Source: Corallochytrium limacisporum Hawaii (taxonomy: Eukaryota; Protista; Pluriformea). Taken from it: a stretch of 46,786 nucleotides of DNA. Within the stretch, counting starts at the first letter, position 1. Each line of letters begins with the position of its first letter. The stretch lies in the NCBI GenBank assembly GCA_002811645.1, contig PDIP01000101.1:1-46786 (forward strand). The letters are read 5' to 3'. The notes under the pieces are model-generated. The model had not been told where the DNA came from, ran no database searches, and was given only the letters and a program-made list of their open reading frames with translations. Of this stretch, positions 1 through 11,200 are shown in pieces. The translations under genes and the position numbers were made by a program.

Positions 1-1575
1 ATCTGTCAAAATTTTCCCGCTCTCCCAAGCGACGGCAGAGCTAAATCAAAATGAGTAGATTTGATACAATATTCCCAGACAGAGGGTGGTACTGTGAAAC
101 CTCAATGCGGCGATTTATTGACGGGTGCCGGGAGAGGCGACGAACTATAGTGTATTACTTCTGCTCCGGTATTTCTTCTAACGGATAATTGGACACTAGA
201 AGGAATGGTGGATCCGTACGGCGTTCTGCATCACGCATACTCAAAGTGAGCCTCCACCTGCCGGTAAATTGCCTTTCGGCCAAGTCTATAAGTGTAACAT
301 TTTGGGCACGTCTGGTATTCTACATCGGTGAGGTTGTCACACTATTTGTTACGACGCCCAACAAGGCCATATGTGTCCCATAGAATACCCGCCTACGGTT
401 TCATCATTTCCACTGTGGCAGGGAGGGGATGGAGGTACCGATGGTATATGCGAATGCCAATGGATGGACTCAGTGCTATGCCTAATCTATGCACAGTTAA
501 TGACCATCAAGCGTCTAGATCGTCTGTTCCTGAATCGGTGTCTTTGCCCACTGCACCTGGTCTGATTTCTATTGTCGCCTCTCTCTATTGTGTTTCTGTT
601 TCGGCGTTTCGTGGGGATAACGTTCGCATTAAAAAGGCCAGTCGGGCTACGTCTCGCTTAAATGTGTAACCGGGGCGCTTGTCAGGGCATGTCGTTGCTT
701 TTGAAACCATGACAAACACCACATATCAGCATATCTTACCGACAACTTCGTCACGAATGAGTAGATTCCCCCGGTCCATATTGCATAAAGGTAAGAGGAT
801 CGTAGAAAGATGTAAGACGCTAACACCGCCAGTATGAGCACTAGTGGCTATTGGTACATCTCGATCGTGATGTATCGCATGGTCGGGAGAAAATCCATGT
901 GACCGGAAACACACGCAATAGCTGCCGCACAGTGGCAAGCAGCGGCGGCACTTCCCTTTCCTTATGCTTCGGAGGGCATTGGCTATATGTCCAAAATAGG
1001 GGGCGGAACGCTCATCCCCTGCCAAGGGGGTTTGTTTTTTTGGGTGGAACGGGACTTTCTCGTGAATAGCGCCACGAAGATTTCCCGAAAAACTACACAA
1101 GTACTCTAGCATACAGCAGGATTGAAGGCGAGGGGGGTTTTGCTCGATACGGACCTCTGCATTGTCTGGTACGGTTGGGTATTGTGCAAATAGACTTACG
1201 TAGGGAAGTGGAGTGGAAATCGACGTGAGGAAACAAGAGGCCACACCTCGCCCTGGTGGCTTCACAGAGAACGAAAGTGGTCAGGGAGCCCCCGCCCGGG
1301 CAATTTCTAGGCGATGATACCATTCTCGGGACAAGACACAGTGAACAGCAGTTTCGTGAGCATATCGCTGTTCGTGTGTGCATTGCCTTGTCATGCTTGC
1401 CTTAGTCCATTGTGAACAATCGTGATTAGGAAGGTGCTTCATGCAAAGGGCCACCGACACATGCTTCATGTTCGGGCTATTCTGAGCCTTATTATATAGC
1501 TGGTTCGGAAGTTTCGCGTTTCTTTGCTATGGAGTAGTAAAAAGGTAAACTGTGTTGGTTCATTCACTGTTCAAT

Positions 1576-3837
1576 ATGGACTTTGGTGCAAGTCCTCATT
1601 TACGGAGGTCTAACAGACACTCCAATGTGCTCTTGACCATCAACGACCATGGCATCATTTTATCAGCAAATTACGAATGTGCTGAAATGTTTGGCTACCA
1701 AGCCACTGAAATCATTGGGCGAAATGTTAGTATTTTGATGCCTCCAGCGTATAGTCACAGCCATGACACTCATCTCGAGCGTTGGCGACGGACTCGGGTA
1801 CCACACATTATTGGTAGCAGTCGAGTTGTTGAAGGACTGCACAAAACTGGCTACGTTTTCCCCGTGCGATTGAGCGTTTCCCAGGTTGATCTTGGAGAGG
1901 AAACGAACTTTGTTGGTCTCTTGGAGAAAGTAGAGGATTCTGCAGCCCGTCTTACGATCAACTCGCAAGGGATTGTGCAATCTGTGAACTCGAGGGCCGT
2001 TCAATTGTTTGGCTATGACGCACATGAGTTGGTGGGCTTCAATGTGAACAAAATTATGCCGGAAAATTACGCGAAGAATCATGACAAGTATATTGCGAAG
2101 TATTTAGAAACGGGCACTGCGAAGGCTGTGGGGAAGTTGCGCAATGTGGAGGGTATGAACAAAGGCGGACTTGTTTTTCCGATTTCTTTGCGCGTTTCGG
2201 AGTTAAAAGGAAACGCCGAGTTGGGTGCGCGTCAGTTTGCAGCTGAAATTCACGAGCTTGATCAGCAAGACATTGACGCAGTGCTTACCATGAGCATTGA
2301 CGGTAAGATTCGATCATGCAACAAAAATTGTATGCTGCTTTTTGGCCAAAAAGAAGTCATTGGACACGATATAACGACGCTGTTGCCTGCTTTTGACATC
2401 CAGACACAGCTGCAGAACTCTGGAATGTTTCTGGTGCATGCATGTCATGGGGATGGTAGCACTTTTAAGATGAGCTCAGAGCTGTCAACGTTTACGGTTG
2501 CAGACGAAACGCTTGTGCAACTACGTGCCTGGCGTCCCAAAGGTTTCAATACTACATTGGGCACGGAGCGCAACAAGTCAAAACCGCTGGCTGGCACGGC
2601 CTCGGTGGCCAGTATCGGGCAGTATGTCGGAAACTATCGTATCGGTAAGATTCTTGGCATGGGCACATTTGGTGCTGTTGTGCGTGCAACACACCGTCTG
2701 ACCAACAAGGTTGTGGCCATTAAGATCATCAGTCATGAGTCCAAGAACAGTACTATGGACCGTGAAATTCAAATTTTGAAGCACTGCGATCACCACAACA
2801 TTGCCAAATTGTATGAGATAATTTCCGCACCCAAACATACTTTCCTTGTCATGGAGTACTTAAGCGGCGGTGAACTATTCGACTATGTCTGCGACAACGG
2901 TGTCTACGGGTTGAGTGAAAATGAGGCACGAAAGTATTTCCGGGATGTCTGTTCTGCAGTGGCTTATCTGCATTCTCGAAACATTGTTCATCGGGATTTG
3001 AAATTGGAGAATCTCCTGCTGGACAATGAGGGTCACATCAAGCTTATTGATTTTGGTCTAAGCAATTTCATGTCAAAGCCTGAACGTATGAATACCTTGT
3101 GTGGCAGCCCGATGTATATGAGTCCAGAAATGTATATCGGTGGTCAATACGATGGTCCAGAACAGGACATATGGAGCCTGGGAGTCATCCTCTATGTGCT
3201 CGTTGTTGGGCGTTTTCCTTTCGACAGTCCTGAAAGTATTATGATGGGACGATACCAAGTACCAGAAGGTATTTCTGTCGCATGTGAAGACCTCATGGAA
3301 GGTATGCTCCGTACAGATGTGACTGAAAGATCAACTATGCAAGAAATTCTGATGCATTCATGGGTGAACAAGGGATTGGATCCTATTCAGACACCAAATG
3401 CGCCAGCAAAGGAGGGTGAGATCAAGGTCGATCCTGATGTTGTCGCTGAAATGGCCGCGGCCGGTTTCCCAGCTGCCATTACACTTGCCAGTCTGAGAAA
3501 CCGATCGTTCAACCAGATTACGGCAATGTATGAGTTTACCCGTGAAGAGAAATGGCGTGTACGCAGAGAAAAGGGAGAAGCCCTGGAGAGCCGCATCATT
3601 CCCATGGATACAAGTGACCATATCCTGGACAGCTATATGGAAAGAGCTCGCCTTGGCAACAAGCAGGAGGTTACCTGCCCCGTGTGTAATCATCGATTCC
3701 GTGCCAGTTTCATGAAGAAAATTCGTAACCAGACATCGTTCACCGAGGAGCGGAGCCCTAAACATGCACACATCGATCGTGGTAGTGTTTCAAACAGCAC
3801 TGGCACCAACGGCGACGCAATGGATGCAGACGGATGA
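1576..3837 (+). CDS. PAS-PAS-PAS sensor + CAMK-group (MARK/AMPK-related) Ser/Thr kinase + UBA domain
   Basis: ORF 1552..3837, first in-frame ATG at 1576 (MDFGASP). PAS1 reads LMPPAYSHSHDTHLERWRRTRVPHIIGSSRVVEGLHKTGYVFPV and PAS2 reads IMPENYAKNHDKYIAKYLETG...FPISL. PAS3 is degenerate (LLP...HGDGSTF). Kinase motifs: GMGTFG, VAIK, HRDLKLENLLLD, DFG, NTLCGSPMYMSPE, DIWSLGV. A UBA-like segment DPDVVAEMAAAGF...FNQITAMY follows the kinase. Confidence 0.92.
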   Translation: MDFGASPHLRRSNRHSNVLLTINDHGIILSANYECAEMFGYQATEIIGRNVSILMPPAYSHSHDTHLERWRRTRVPHIIGSSRVVEGLHKTGYVFPVRLSVSQVDLGEETNFVGLLEKVEDSAARLTINSQGIVQSVNSRAVQLFGYDAHELVGFNVNKIMPENYAKNHDKYIAKYLETGTAKAVGKLRNVEGMNKGGLVFPISLRVSELKGNAELGARQFAAEIHELDQQDIDAVLTMSIDGKIRSCNKNCMLLFGQKEVIGHDITTLLPAFDIQTQLQNSGMFLVHACHGDGSTFKMSSELSTFTVADETLVQLRAWRPKGFNTTLGTERNKSKPLAGTASVASIGQYVGNYRIGKILGMGTFGAVVRATHRLTNKVVAIKIISHESKNSTMDREIQILKHCDHHNIAKLYEIISAPKHTFLVMEYLSGGELFDYVCDNGVYGLSENEARKYFRDVCSAVAYLHSRNIVHRDLKLENLLLDNEGHIKLIDFGLSNFMSKPERMNTLCGSPMYMSPEMYIGGQYDGPEQDIWSLGVILYVLVVGRFPFDSPESIMMGRYQVPEGISVACEDLMEGMLRTDVTERSTMQEILMHSWVNKGLDPIQTPNAPAKEGEIKVDPDVVAEMAAAGFPAAITLASLRNRSFNQITAMYEFTREEKWRVRREKGEALESRIIPMDTSDHILDSYMERARLGNKQEVTCPVCNHRFRASFMKKIRNQTSFTEERSPKHAHIDRGSVSNSTGTNGDAMDADG

Positions 3838-3966
3838 ACAAGACCTTGTAGATTTAGTTAAGTCAAGTTTACATACAAATTCGTTTACGTGTATAACGTG
3901 TGTTATGAAAGCGTCTGGTGCCTTGTGCTCCGTAGTTACGACGGAATGATGGGCAGAGCAGTGTTC

Positions 3967-4713
3967 CTATTTCTTAACTTTAGAGGACCCACTTCCTGCC
4001 GCTTCCGCCATGGCAGCCTGAACCTTTGGGTTCTCAGGAGCCTTTTGCCATTGTTTCCAGAGCATCTCCTTAATCTGTGTCAAGCGTAAAGAGGGATTCT
4101 CTTTCCTGAGAATTGGCAACCATTTCTCTTCGTATGCTTTGTACGCAGCTTTCATCCGCTTCTCGGGATGCAAATCCAGGCCTTCCATACTTCCTCCTAA
4201 GGCTCCAATTGCTTGATCCACACCCGTAGCTAGCACGCCACCCTCGGCTTCAAAGTCTGCCAGCTGCTTGTTGACGTTTCCCTTCTCCATAATGGCCGCC
4301 GCGTGGTCTTCCTCAGCCACAACTGTTGGATCACTCTTCGACTTCGTTTTCTTTTTGTGATCAAGGTTGTCGTTGAGGAAAGCCATTATAGAGGCTTGAT
4401 TTACTTTGTTCTTCTTGGCTGCCTGTCCTCTCTTGGCTGCATTGCGCATACCACCAGACTTGGAGATCTTTGACATCTCCGCGTCCTCTGCGGCTGCAAG
4501 ATCTTTCTTCTCTTGATCTCTCAGTCTCTTTTCCTCAGCTTTCCGTTCTTTATCAGCGACGCGTTGCCGAGCCTGAAGCTCTTTTTCGTCTGTGATCCGC
4601 CATTTTGCATCCTCCTGTGCCTTGGACTTTGCTTCCTCGGCAGCACGCTTTTGGTCCGCTTTACGTTCTCTCGCTTCAGCAGCCTTGGAGTTTATGCCCT
4701 TGGGTTTGCCCAT
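3967..4713 (-). CDS. CCDC124: Coiled-coil domain-containing protein 124 (Lso2/Oxs1 family, ribosome-associated)
   Basis: N-terminal NSKAAEARERKA and EDAKW, plus C-terminal HPEKRMKAAYKAYEE..LPILRKENPSLRLTQIKEMLWKQWQKAPENP, are family-typical. Confidence 0.9.
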   Translation of the reverse strand: MGKPKGINSKAAEARERKADQKRAAEEAKSKAQEDAKWRITDEKELQARQRVADKERKAEEKRLRDQEKKDLAAAEDAEMSKISKSGGMRNAAKRGQAAKKNKVNQASIMAFLNDNLDHKKKTKSKSDPTVVAEEDHAAAIMEKGNVNKQLADFEAEGGVLATGVDQAIGALGGSMEGLDLHPEKRMKAAYKAYEEKWLPILRKENPSLRLTQIKEMLWKQWQKAPENPKVQAAMAEAAGSGSSKVKK

Positions 4714-7700
4714 GCTTTGTGGTATAAAGAGACAACTAACATTTAGTTCCTGACAAATAAAAGCTACGACTACACTCGACTGTCGCCATGTTTAGCCGCT
4801 CCGCCCTGGTTGAAACCTGAGCTCATACCAAATACCACTTTAGCCACTTCGAAGCAAGATCCCCAAAACACCAGAGCACGGTCAATATCACAAACAGGTT
4901 AGTAGCTGCTCTCACAGAACTACTATGGGCTGGATTTTTGCCATGGTTGCAAATAACTGAACACCTAGCAAATTGTACTTAAATGAATTAGTGGCCAGGG
5001 AACGGCTGGTATGGTCAATGTTCCTATGCCCCCAATCCTGTTAAACTGGTGCCAATGGTACGTCACAGAATGGCAAAAGTTGTCGTCACCCAGCTGCTAA
5101 TGGTGACAGTCTTCAGATTCCTCAAGGGAGTGTCCAAATGAAAGCCACCATGATAGATTGAGGCAGAACAGATGAATGCTACGAATATGGATGGGAAGTG
5201 TCATCGTTCGTAGTAGCATTCGCATGCAACGATGCTTTCTTTGGTCTGTGTCTTTCCAATGACCTCCTCCGTTATTGCACAGTTCTGGACCTTCACTGTA
5301 CAGAGTCTTTCTGGAGACGAGCGCCAGCAGTTCCTTGGCCTGTCCATACCCTAGCGCTTCGTTTGGTGGAGGTCAGTGTAAATTGGGAAGCTGAGATCTC
5401 TGGCATCCTCCCTCGGTATGTTCTTGTATGTCACCCATTGTGCATGGACACCAGGGACTGTTAACCAACCGCAGTGGGTGGCTTGAGTAGAACCAATACA
5501 TGCAGATCTGCTGTCGGCCGGTCTCCCATGGTGTTCGCGACTGGTAGGACATTTAACCTTGTCAAAAACATTTTGCCCTCAAGAATGCATCCTAGACATG
5601 TCCACAAGGGACTATATCATGTACAACTCCGCAAAGCACGTCAACACATCGTTCACTCAAAGCATGTGCTCCCAGGGGAGAGGACACCTGTCTCTTTCCA
5701 AAACCACCAGGCTTCGCACCTGTTTTGGATCGCAGTCCCAACTCCGGTCCAGACGGCAGAGTACACAGTGCACAATTGACAGCAGAACTTCAGACGTCTC
5801 TCATGGTTTTGTTCTCGAGCATGAAGGCGGGCCCTTTTTAAACGATGTAGGTGCTCGTCGCCACTCCGCAGCTACTGAGTCACAACAAGATCATCTACAT
5901 AGAAACACAGAGGAGAGGCATACATCAGCCGCGACGTTCCAATTCGGTGCTTGCTCGATACTATCGGTGGTATGAAATGGCAGACAATGACGCAAAACCT
6001 ACACGACTTTGTGTTCGTATTCGTAGTTGACTCTCCCGCTTACGGTAACGGCGCGTCTACCACTTGTCCTCAGGTCAAAAAGAATTTGAAAAGGGTTCTA
6101 CCCGGGGTGCAGCGAGAAAAGGGCAGAACGTGGTCTGGGGGACACTGCTTTCCTTCTTTGTACCGTCCATATCGATATTGAGTAATACAGGTGACCTGGT
6201 CACCTTGTAAGGTTTGCATAATCGACTGTTGAAAGCTCCCAATATTTTTTCTCAATGACTGAAGAAAATCTGTGAGGAGGTCGACCACATTTCTATACCA
6301 AATCAAAGGATTCAAAACGATAAACCGGTCGCCCTAAAAGGGGCGACTCAGGACCAAAATGGAAAGTGGCTTGAAGCACACCAATTAGAAAAGCGGTAGA
6401 TGCGTACTTCACGTATACAGTACAATCGTTAGCAAGAAAGAAGGCAAGGTATAGATGGCAAACAGTCGGCGAGAAGAGATCTTAGCGGGCAGCGGGGCCT
6501 CGGAGAAACCGGCACGCCTGCCATCTGAGAAATGGCATAGTCTTGTTGGCACCCATAAGCAGTTGAGTAAACTGGGAGACACCGGAGCTGCACAATGTGC
6601 CATACACCGCACACGCGGGCACAAGCACCAAAGAGGGTTTTCCGCCACCTTCAAGGAAGCCCTTCAACGTATGGGCCCAGAATTAAAAGTTGGGGCGGAA
6701 TGTATTTTCTCTTGGTGACCGTTAATAGAACATACTGGGACTAGGAGTTTGTACCAAAGGCCCCCATTTGCTCCTGTAAGTTACGCTTGCTCAGCAACGC
6801 ACCGCCCACCCCTCCCCTTACCCGGACCCAGGAAAGGCGATCCATTACTGTCTTAGTACCAATCGTTTTAGACACCAAATTGTCCTTGGAGACTGTAAGG
6901 TCCGGATTGTTAGCGACACTAATGTGGTGGTGCTGTTGGCATTTATGTACGCATGTAGGGGTGCGTAATACGCAGAGATGAAGAGGTTAAAGACGGAAAG
7001 AGATGAGGAATTGGCAGATATGGATGGTCTACGAAAATGAAACGTGTGTAGTAAGCAGATATACGTGTCTACCGAAGAAAAAGATGGGGACATAGGACCT
7101 GTACAGGACGCGAGTTCGGTGAAAATATGAAAGGCGGACACTCCCAGTTTCCCTTTTGCAGAGAAGCTGCCGCCGCACTCGGTAGTATGTGGGTGGTGAA
7201 TTCCTCGCAACGAGCCATTCCGTTCTAAATCGGTTTAGTACTTAACGGCTGGCCTATTCATCGCTCTAACGCCCTCGCTCTCCGCTTACAGGCCCTGCAA
7301 TTCACAGTACTTCCCCAGCGAGTATTGGCCAGAATATATCATCATTTTCAACCGGCCAGTGACAATTGAATGGCAATCACTCGTCGTAGGATCGTTCATA
7401 TTGATAAAGAGGGGTATAGGGTGTGCCCAGAGAGCATTTTAGCATAAAGCGCATAGTTTCGGGTCCCTTCAACCCTCAAACGGTTCATTCGTCCGGTAGC
7501 AAGTGACGAAATTTGATGTTCGCGTTCGCCGAACCCTATGCGCCCATTTCCCGTTTAGAAGGAGAGAACACGAGGGTGCGTATTGTAGAACTTTCAGGCC
7601 CAATTCCCGCTTACACCATCATTCTCCTCCCAATCGCGCGTAGCTTGCTGCAGTTTCTCATTCGGTCGGTGACCACTTTGAACGATGGTAGTAAAGCCCT

Positions 7701-8233
7701 TCCCCGCCTCTCTCTCTCCCCCCCCCCCCCCTTCTCTGCTTTACCCAAATATCGGTCACTAATTCGTGCTCATTTTCAGCTCCGGAGATTTTCACCACGC
7801 ATGTGTCGACACTATTTATCATCCAAAATGCCATTCTTTTTGTATGGTTCAGTGATAAATTCCTTTGTGGTGTATGTGAAGGGACGTTCCATAAAATGAG
7901 ATGTTGTGTGCCAGGTATTGTCAACTCCCTCTTCCCCTTCCCCTTCTCCTTTTCTCCCCGGGGAAGGAGAAAAGAGAACGAATTCCATTGGTGTACGTAG
8001 TGCGCACAGGCATCATTGCAGTACGGGGTGCCAACAAGAATTAAGTTCGTCATGTCTAAAGTCTGGAACAGATCTAAAGGGGTATTTATAAGCTCTAGAT
8101 ATCGATACTTGCACAATGTAACTTTTGCCATAGCATCCACACCCAGCGACCACAGAAAAGACACAAGTTTGCGCAGAGGTTTTTGACAAACTGTAGACGC
8201 CAAACTGGAGCTTTAGTTACAGATCATCACACA

Positions 8234-11200
8234 ATGCTGGTATTCGGTAGTATACTTCTAACTCTGGTGGCTACAGCCCATGCACAAATATTTTTAGGCA
8301 CGCTGAGCACCCGGGAACACGAAGTTACAGGCGACGTATACTTGATCAGCAACACTGAGTTCCGGATTGAAGCATTCGTGTATGATGGACAGGCCCCGGC
8401 TGCATACTGGTGGACCGGTACGGGACGTCCTAATAACCAAGGTCGGCGAATGCGGGAGCAGATTCGTGGCTTTAATAGTCTGGTCGAGACTCGAAGAGAA
8501 ACTGTCAGTGTTCATATGCCCGATGGGTTGACCGTGGCCGATGTTGATTACATCTCTGTTTGGTGCGAGGCGTTTGATGCCAACTTCGGTGAGGTCTTCT
8601 TCGATATCGATAACATCGAGGAGCCCACTGTTGAGCCACCACAGCCCACTGTAGAGCCACCACAGCCCACTGTAGAGCCACCACAGCCCACTGTTGAGCC
8701 ATCAGAGACCACTGTAGAGCCATCAGAGACCACTGTACAGCCACCACAGCCCACTGTTCAGCCATCAGAGACCACTGTACAGCCATCAGAGACCACTGTA
8801 GAGTCACCACAGTCCACTGATGATCAGCCAGAGACAACTGTCGAGTCAACAACTGCCTCCCCTAGCCCGACCACGCCTGCTGACCCGCAGACTTCTGAAG
8901 ACGTTTTGCCGGACAACGTAAACTGTGAAATGTTAAACGACGAGTTCCGAATGTCTTGGGAAGTTGATCAAGGTAGCGGTACAATTACCATTGAGCTAGC
9001 CTCCTTCATCGAAGAAAACTTCTACATGGGCTTCGGTGTTAGTGGCAGTAATACTGAAACTCGCATGGTCGGCGGTGATCCTGCCATTGCCATTCTTGGT
9101 GCAGGGGATGCCATTACGGTGGAGGACTTCTTCATGAGCGCCCAAGCTCAGTGCAGTGGTGGCAACGGTGTATGCCGTGATACAGACAGAAACGAGTCTG
9201 ATGAACTCACCGTCATCTCCACGGGCCGCGAGGGTGGCCTTCTTAAGGTAAAGTACTCCAGGCCTCTCAGTGCTGTTAATGTGGAGCGTGATCTGAGCTA
9301 CGATGTATCCAGTGAGGATGCTTTGACTTACGTGGTTTGGGCCATTGGTCCCGTCAATGAGCAGACCAAGAACCCTCTCTTCCACTCCGTCGCGTATGCC
9401 GAGGATGATGTTGCCTTTGCGTTTGGTCGCCCTCCCGTCAACAACTGTGTGCCCTTGCCTCTGAAAGACGATACTGGCAATGACAACGCCAATAACGCCT
9501 TTGTTCGTCCGGTCATTGTTGCAGATGAGAACGATCCCATTTCCGTCCGCATCGGTCCCACGGGTGGTACTGCATTCGGGTATCCCGCTATCACAGGTAC
9601 TCCTGCCTGGGGTATCTCCATGTACATGAATGGAATTCTGATTCCTCACATTGGTGTGGAGCGTGGCAAGACTTACCGCTTTTTGATCCAGAGCGGTGAC
9701 GATGCAGAAAATGGAGCTCGCTTCCATCCTCTCTATATCACAGACTCCAGTACTGGTGGATTTGCTCAAAAGGATCCTGCTGCTCGTGCTGAGGAGGCCC
9801 TGTTTGCTGGTATCAACAATATCATCCTGGATGCTGATGGTGGCATTACAAACTACACATCGCTCACTGGACCGCTTTGCCGTTATCAGGAGACGGAGGT
9901 GTCCGATCCTTCTGTAAACGACTACGATGCGTATTCTTCGTCTCTGGAACTGGTCTGTGATGAACGCATTGGTGCTGACCCCGACGCTGAGAGTGCTGGT
10001 GGTACGGTTCTTGAGTGGACCGTGGCTGATGACACCCCCGATGTAGTATACTACCAGTGCGTAACTCACACGTCCCTTGGCTGGAAGATTCGCGTGTTTG
10101 ATGAGGGCGAAGTTGACGAACAAGAGCTGATTCGCAACATGAACTCTCTACCTACAGAGGTAGACGAAGATGAAGATCAGGGACAGGATGGTGACCAGAA
10201 CCAGCCTGACGCAAACTGTGCTTTGGATACCCAATTTGCCGGTACTCTCCAGTTTGAGGCATGTAATTTTGAGCTGCAAAACGATTATCATCTGTATTGG
10301 ACTCTGGATGAATCAACTGACACTGCCCGCATCGCTTTTACAGCCCCTGTTGATGGTACTGGATATGCTGGTTTTGGTATTGGTGAAGACGTCAACAATG
10401 CCATGATTGGCGCCCACGTAGCGGTCGCCAGTGTGCAGGCTGATGGAAGTGTACAAGCCTTTGAGCATGTTCTGACCCAACGCAGCCGTGCTGGCGTTGA
10501 GGATGGCAATCTCTTTACTGATCTGCAGGCTGAAATGGGGAGTGATGGCCGTGTCATCGTTCATTTCGAGCGCACGCTATCGGGTGAAGTTGGTGGTACC
10601 AACCGTCGCCGTCAAGCCGAAGAGCGTGACTACCCTGCCATTGATGCCGCTGAGGATACTCTGATCGTCTACGCGGTTGGTAGCGAATGGCTTCCGGGCC
10701 AACCAACTCAGCACAGCAGCCGATACTTTGAGAACTTCAATTTTGCGGAAGGTGTGTCGTCCACAGCGACGAGTGAGCGAGAGAAGAAGATTGAAGCTCA
10801 TGTGTACCTCATGCTCAGCTCTTGGGGTATTATTCTGCCCCTCGGTGTCCTGAGTGCAGCTGGCTTGCGGAGCAAGGACCCGTTGTGGTTCCACCTCCAT
10901 CGCATTCTTATGCTTGTCGGCTACATCACCATGACTGCTGGTTTTGCCCTTGGGCTCGATATCAGCCAGCGCACTCCCAATACCGAGAACCACTACTATA
11001 TTGGCGTTACCATCTTTGCACTGTCTACCTTCCAGGTGCTGAACGGCCTGCTTCGTCCCCACAAGGTTTCCGCAGATGCTGTTACCAATGGAAGCTCCAA
11101 AAAGGCCAAGATTCGCTTCGGTTGGGAGATTCTACATCGCTTAGAAGGCTGCTTGCTTCTGGTTTTAGCCATTACCAACATTTGGTTGGGATTGGACCTT

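Noticed and set aside
5150-6315. Possible decayed gene on the minus strand (fragments such as LVVLERDRCPLPWEHML*)
   Set aside because: The frames I translated contain frequent stops and show no family resemblance beyond a 4-residue LPWE. It cannot be called a pseudogene without a tblastx search.
6328-6347. Hairpin gtcgccc-taaaag-gggcgac
   Set aside because: A single 7-bp stem is expected by chance, and there is no supporting context in a eukaryotic intergenic region.
8624-8854. Regular repeat considered as a CRISPR-like array
   Set aside because: The units are contiguous in-frame coding repeats with no unique spacers, in a eukaryotic gene.
8996-10123. 375-aa antisense ORF (similarly 20600..21994, 31474..32289 and 42919..43638)
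   Set aside because: These are antisense shadows of well-supported genes, explained by codon bias, and show no motifs.
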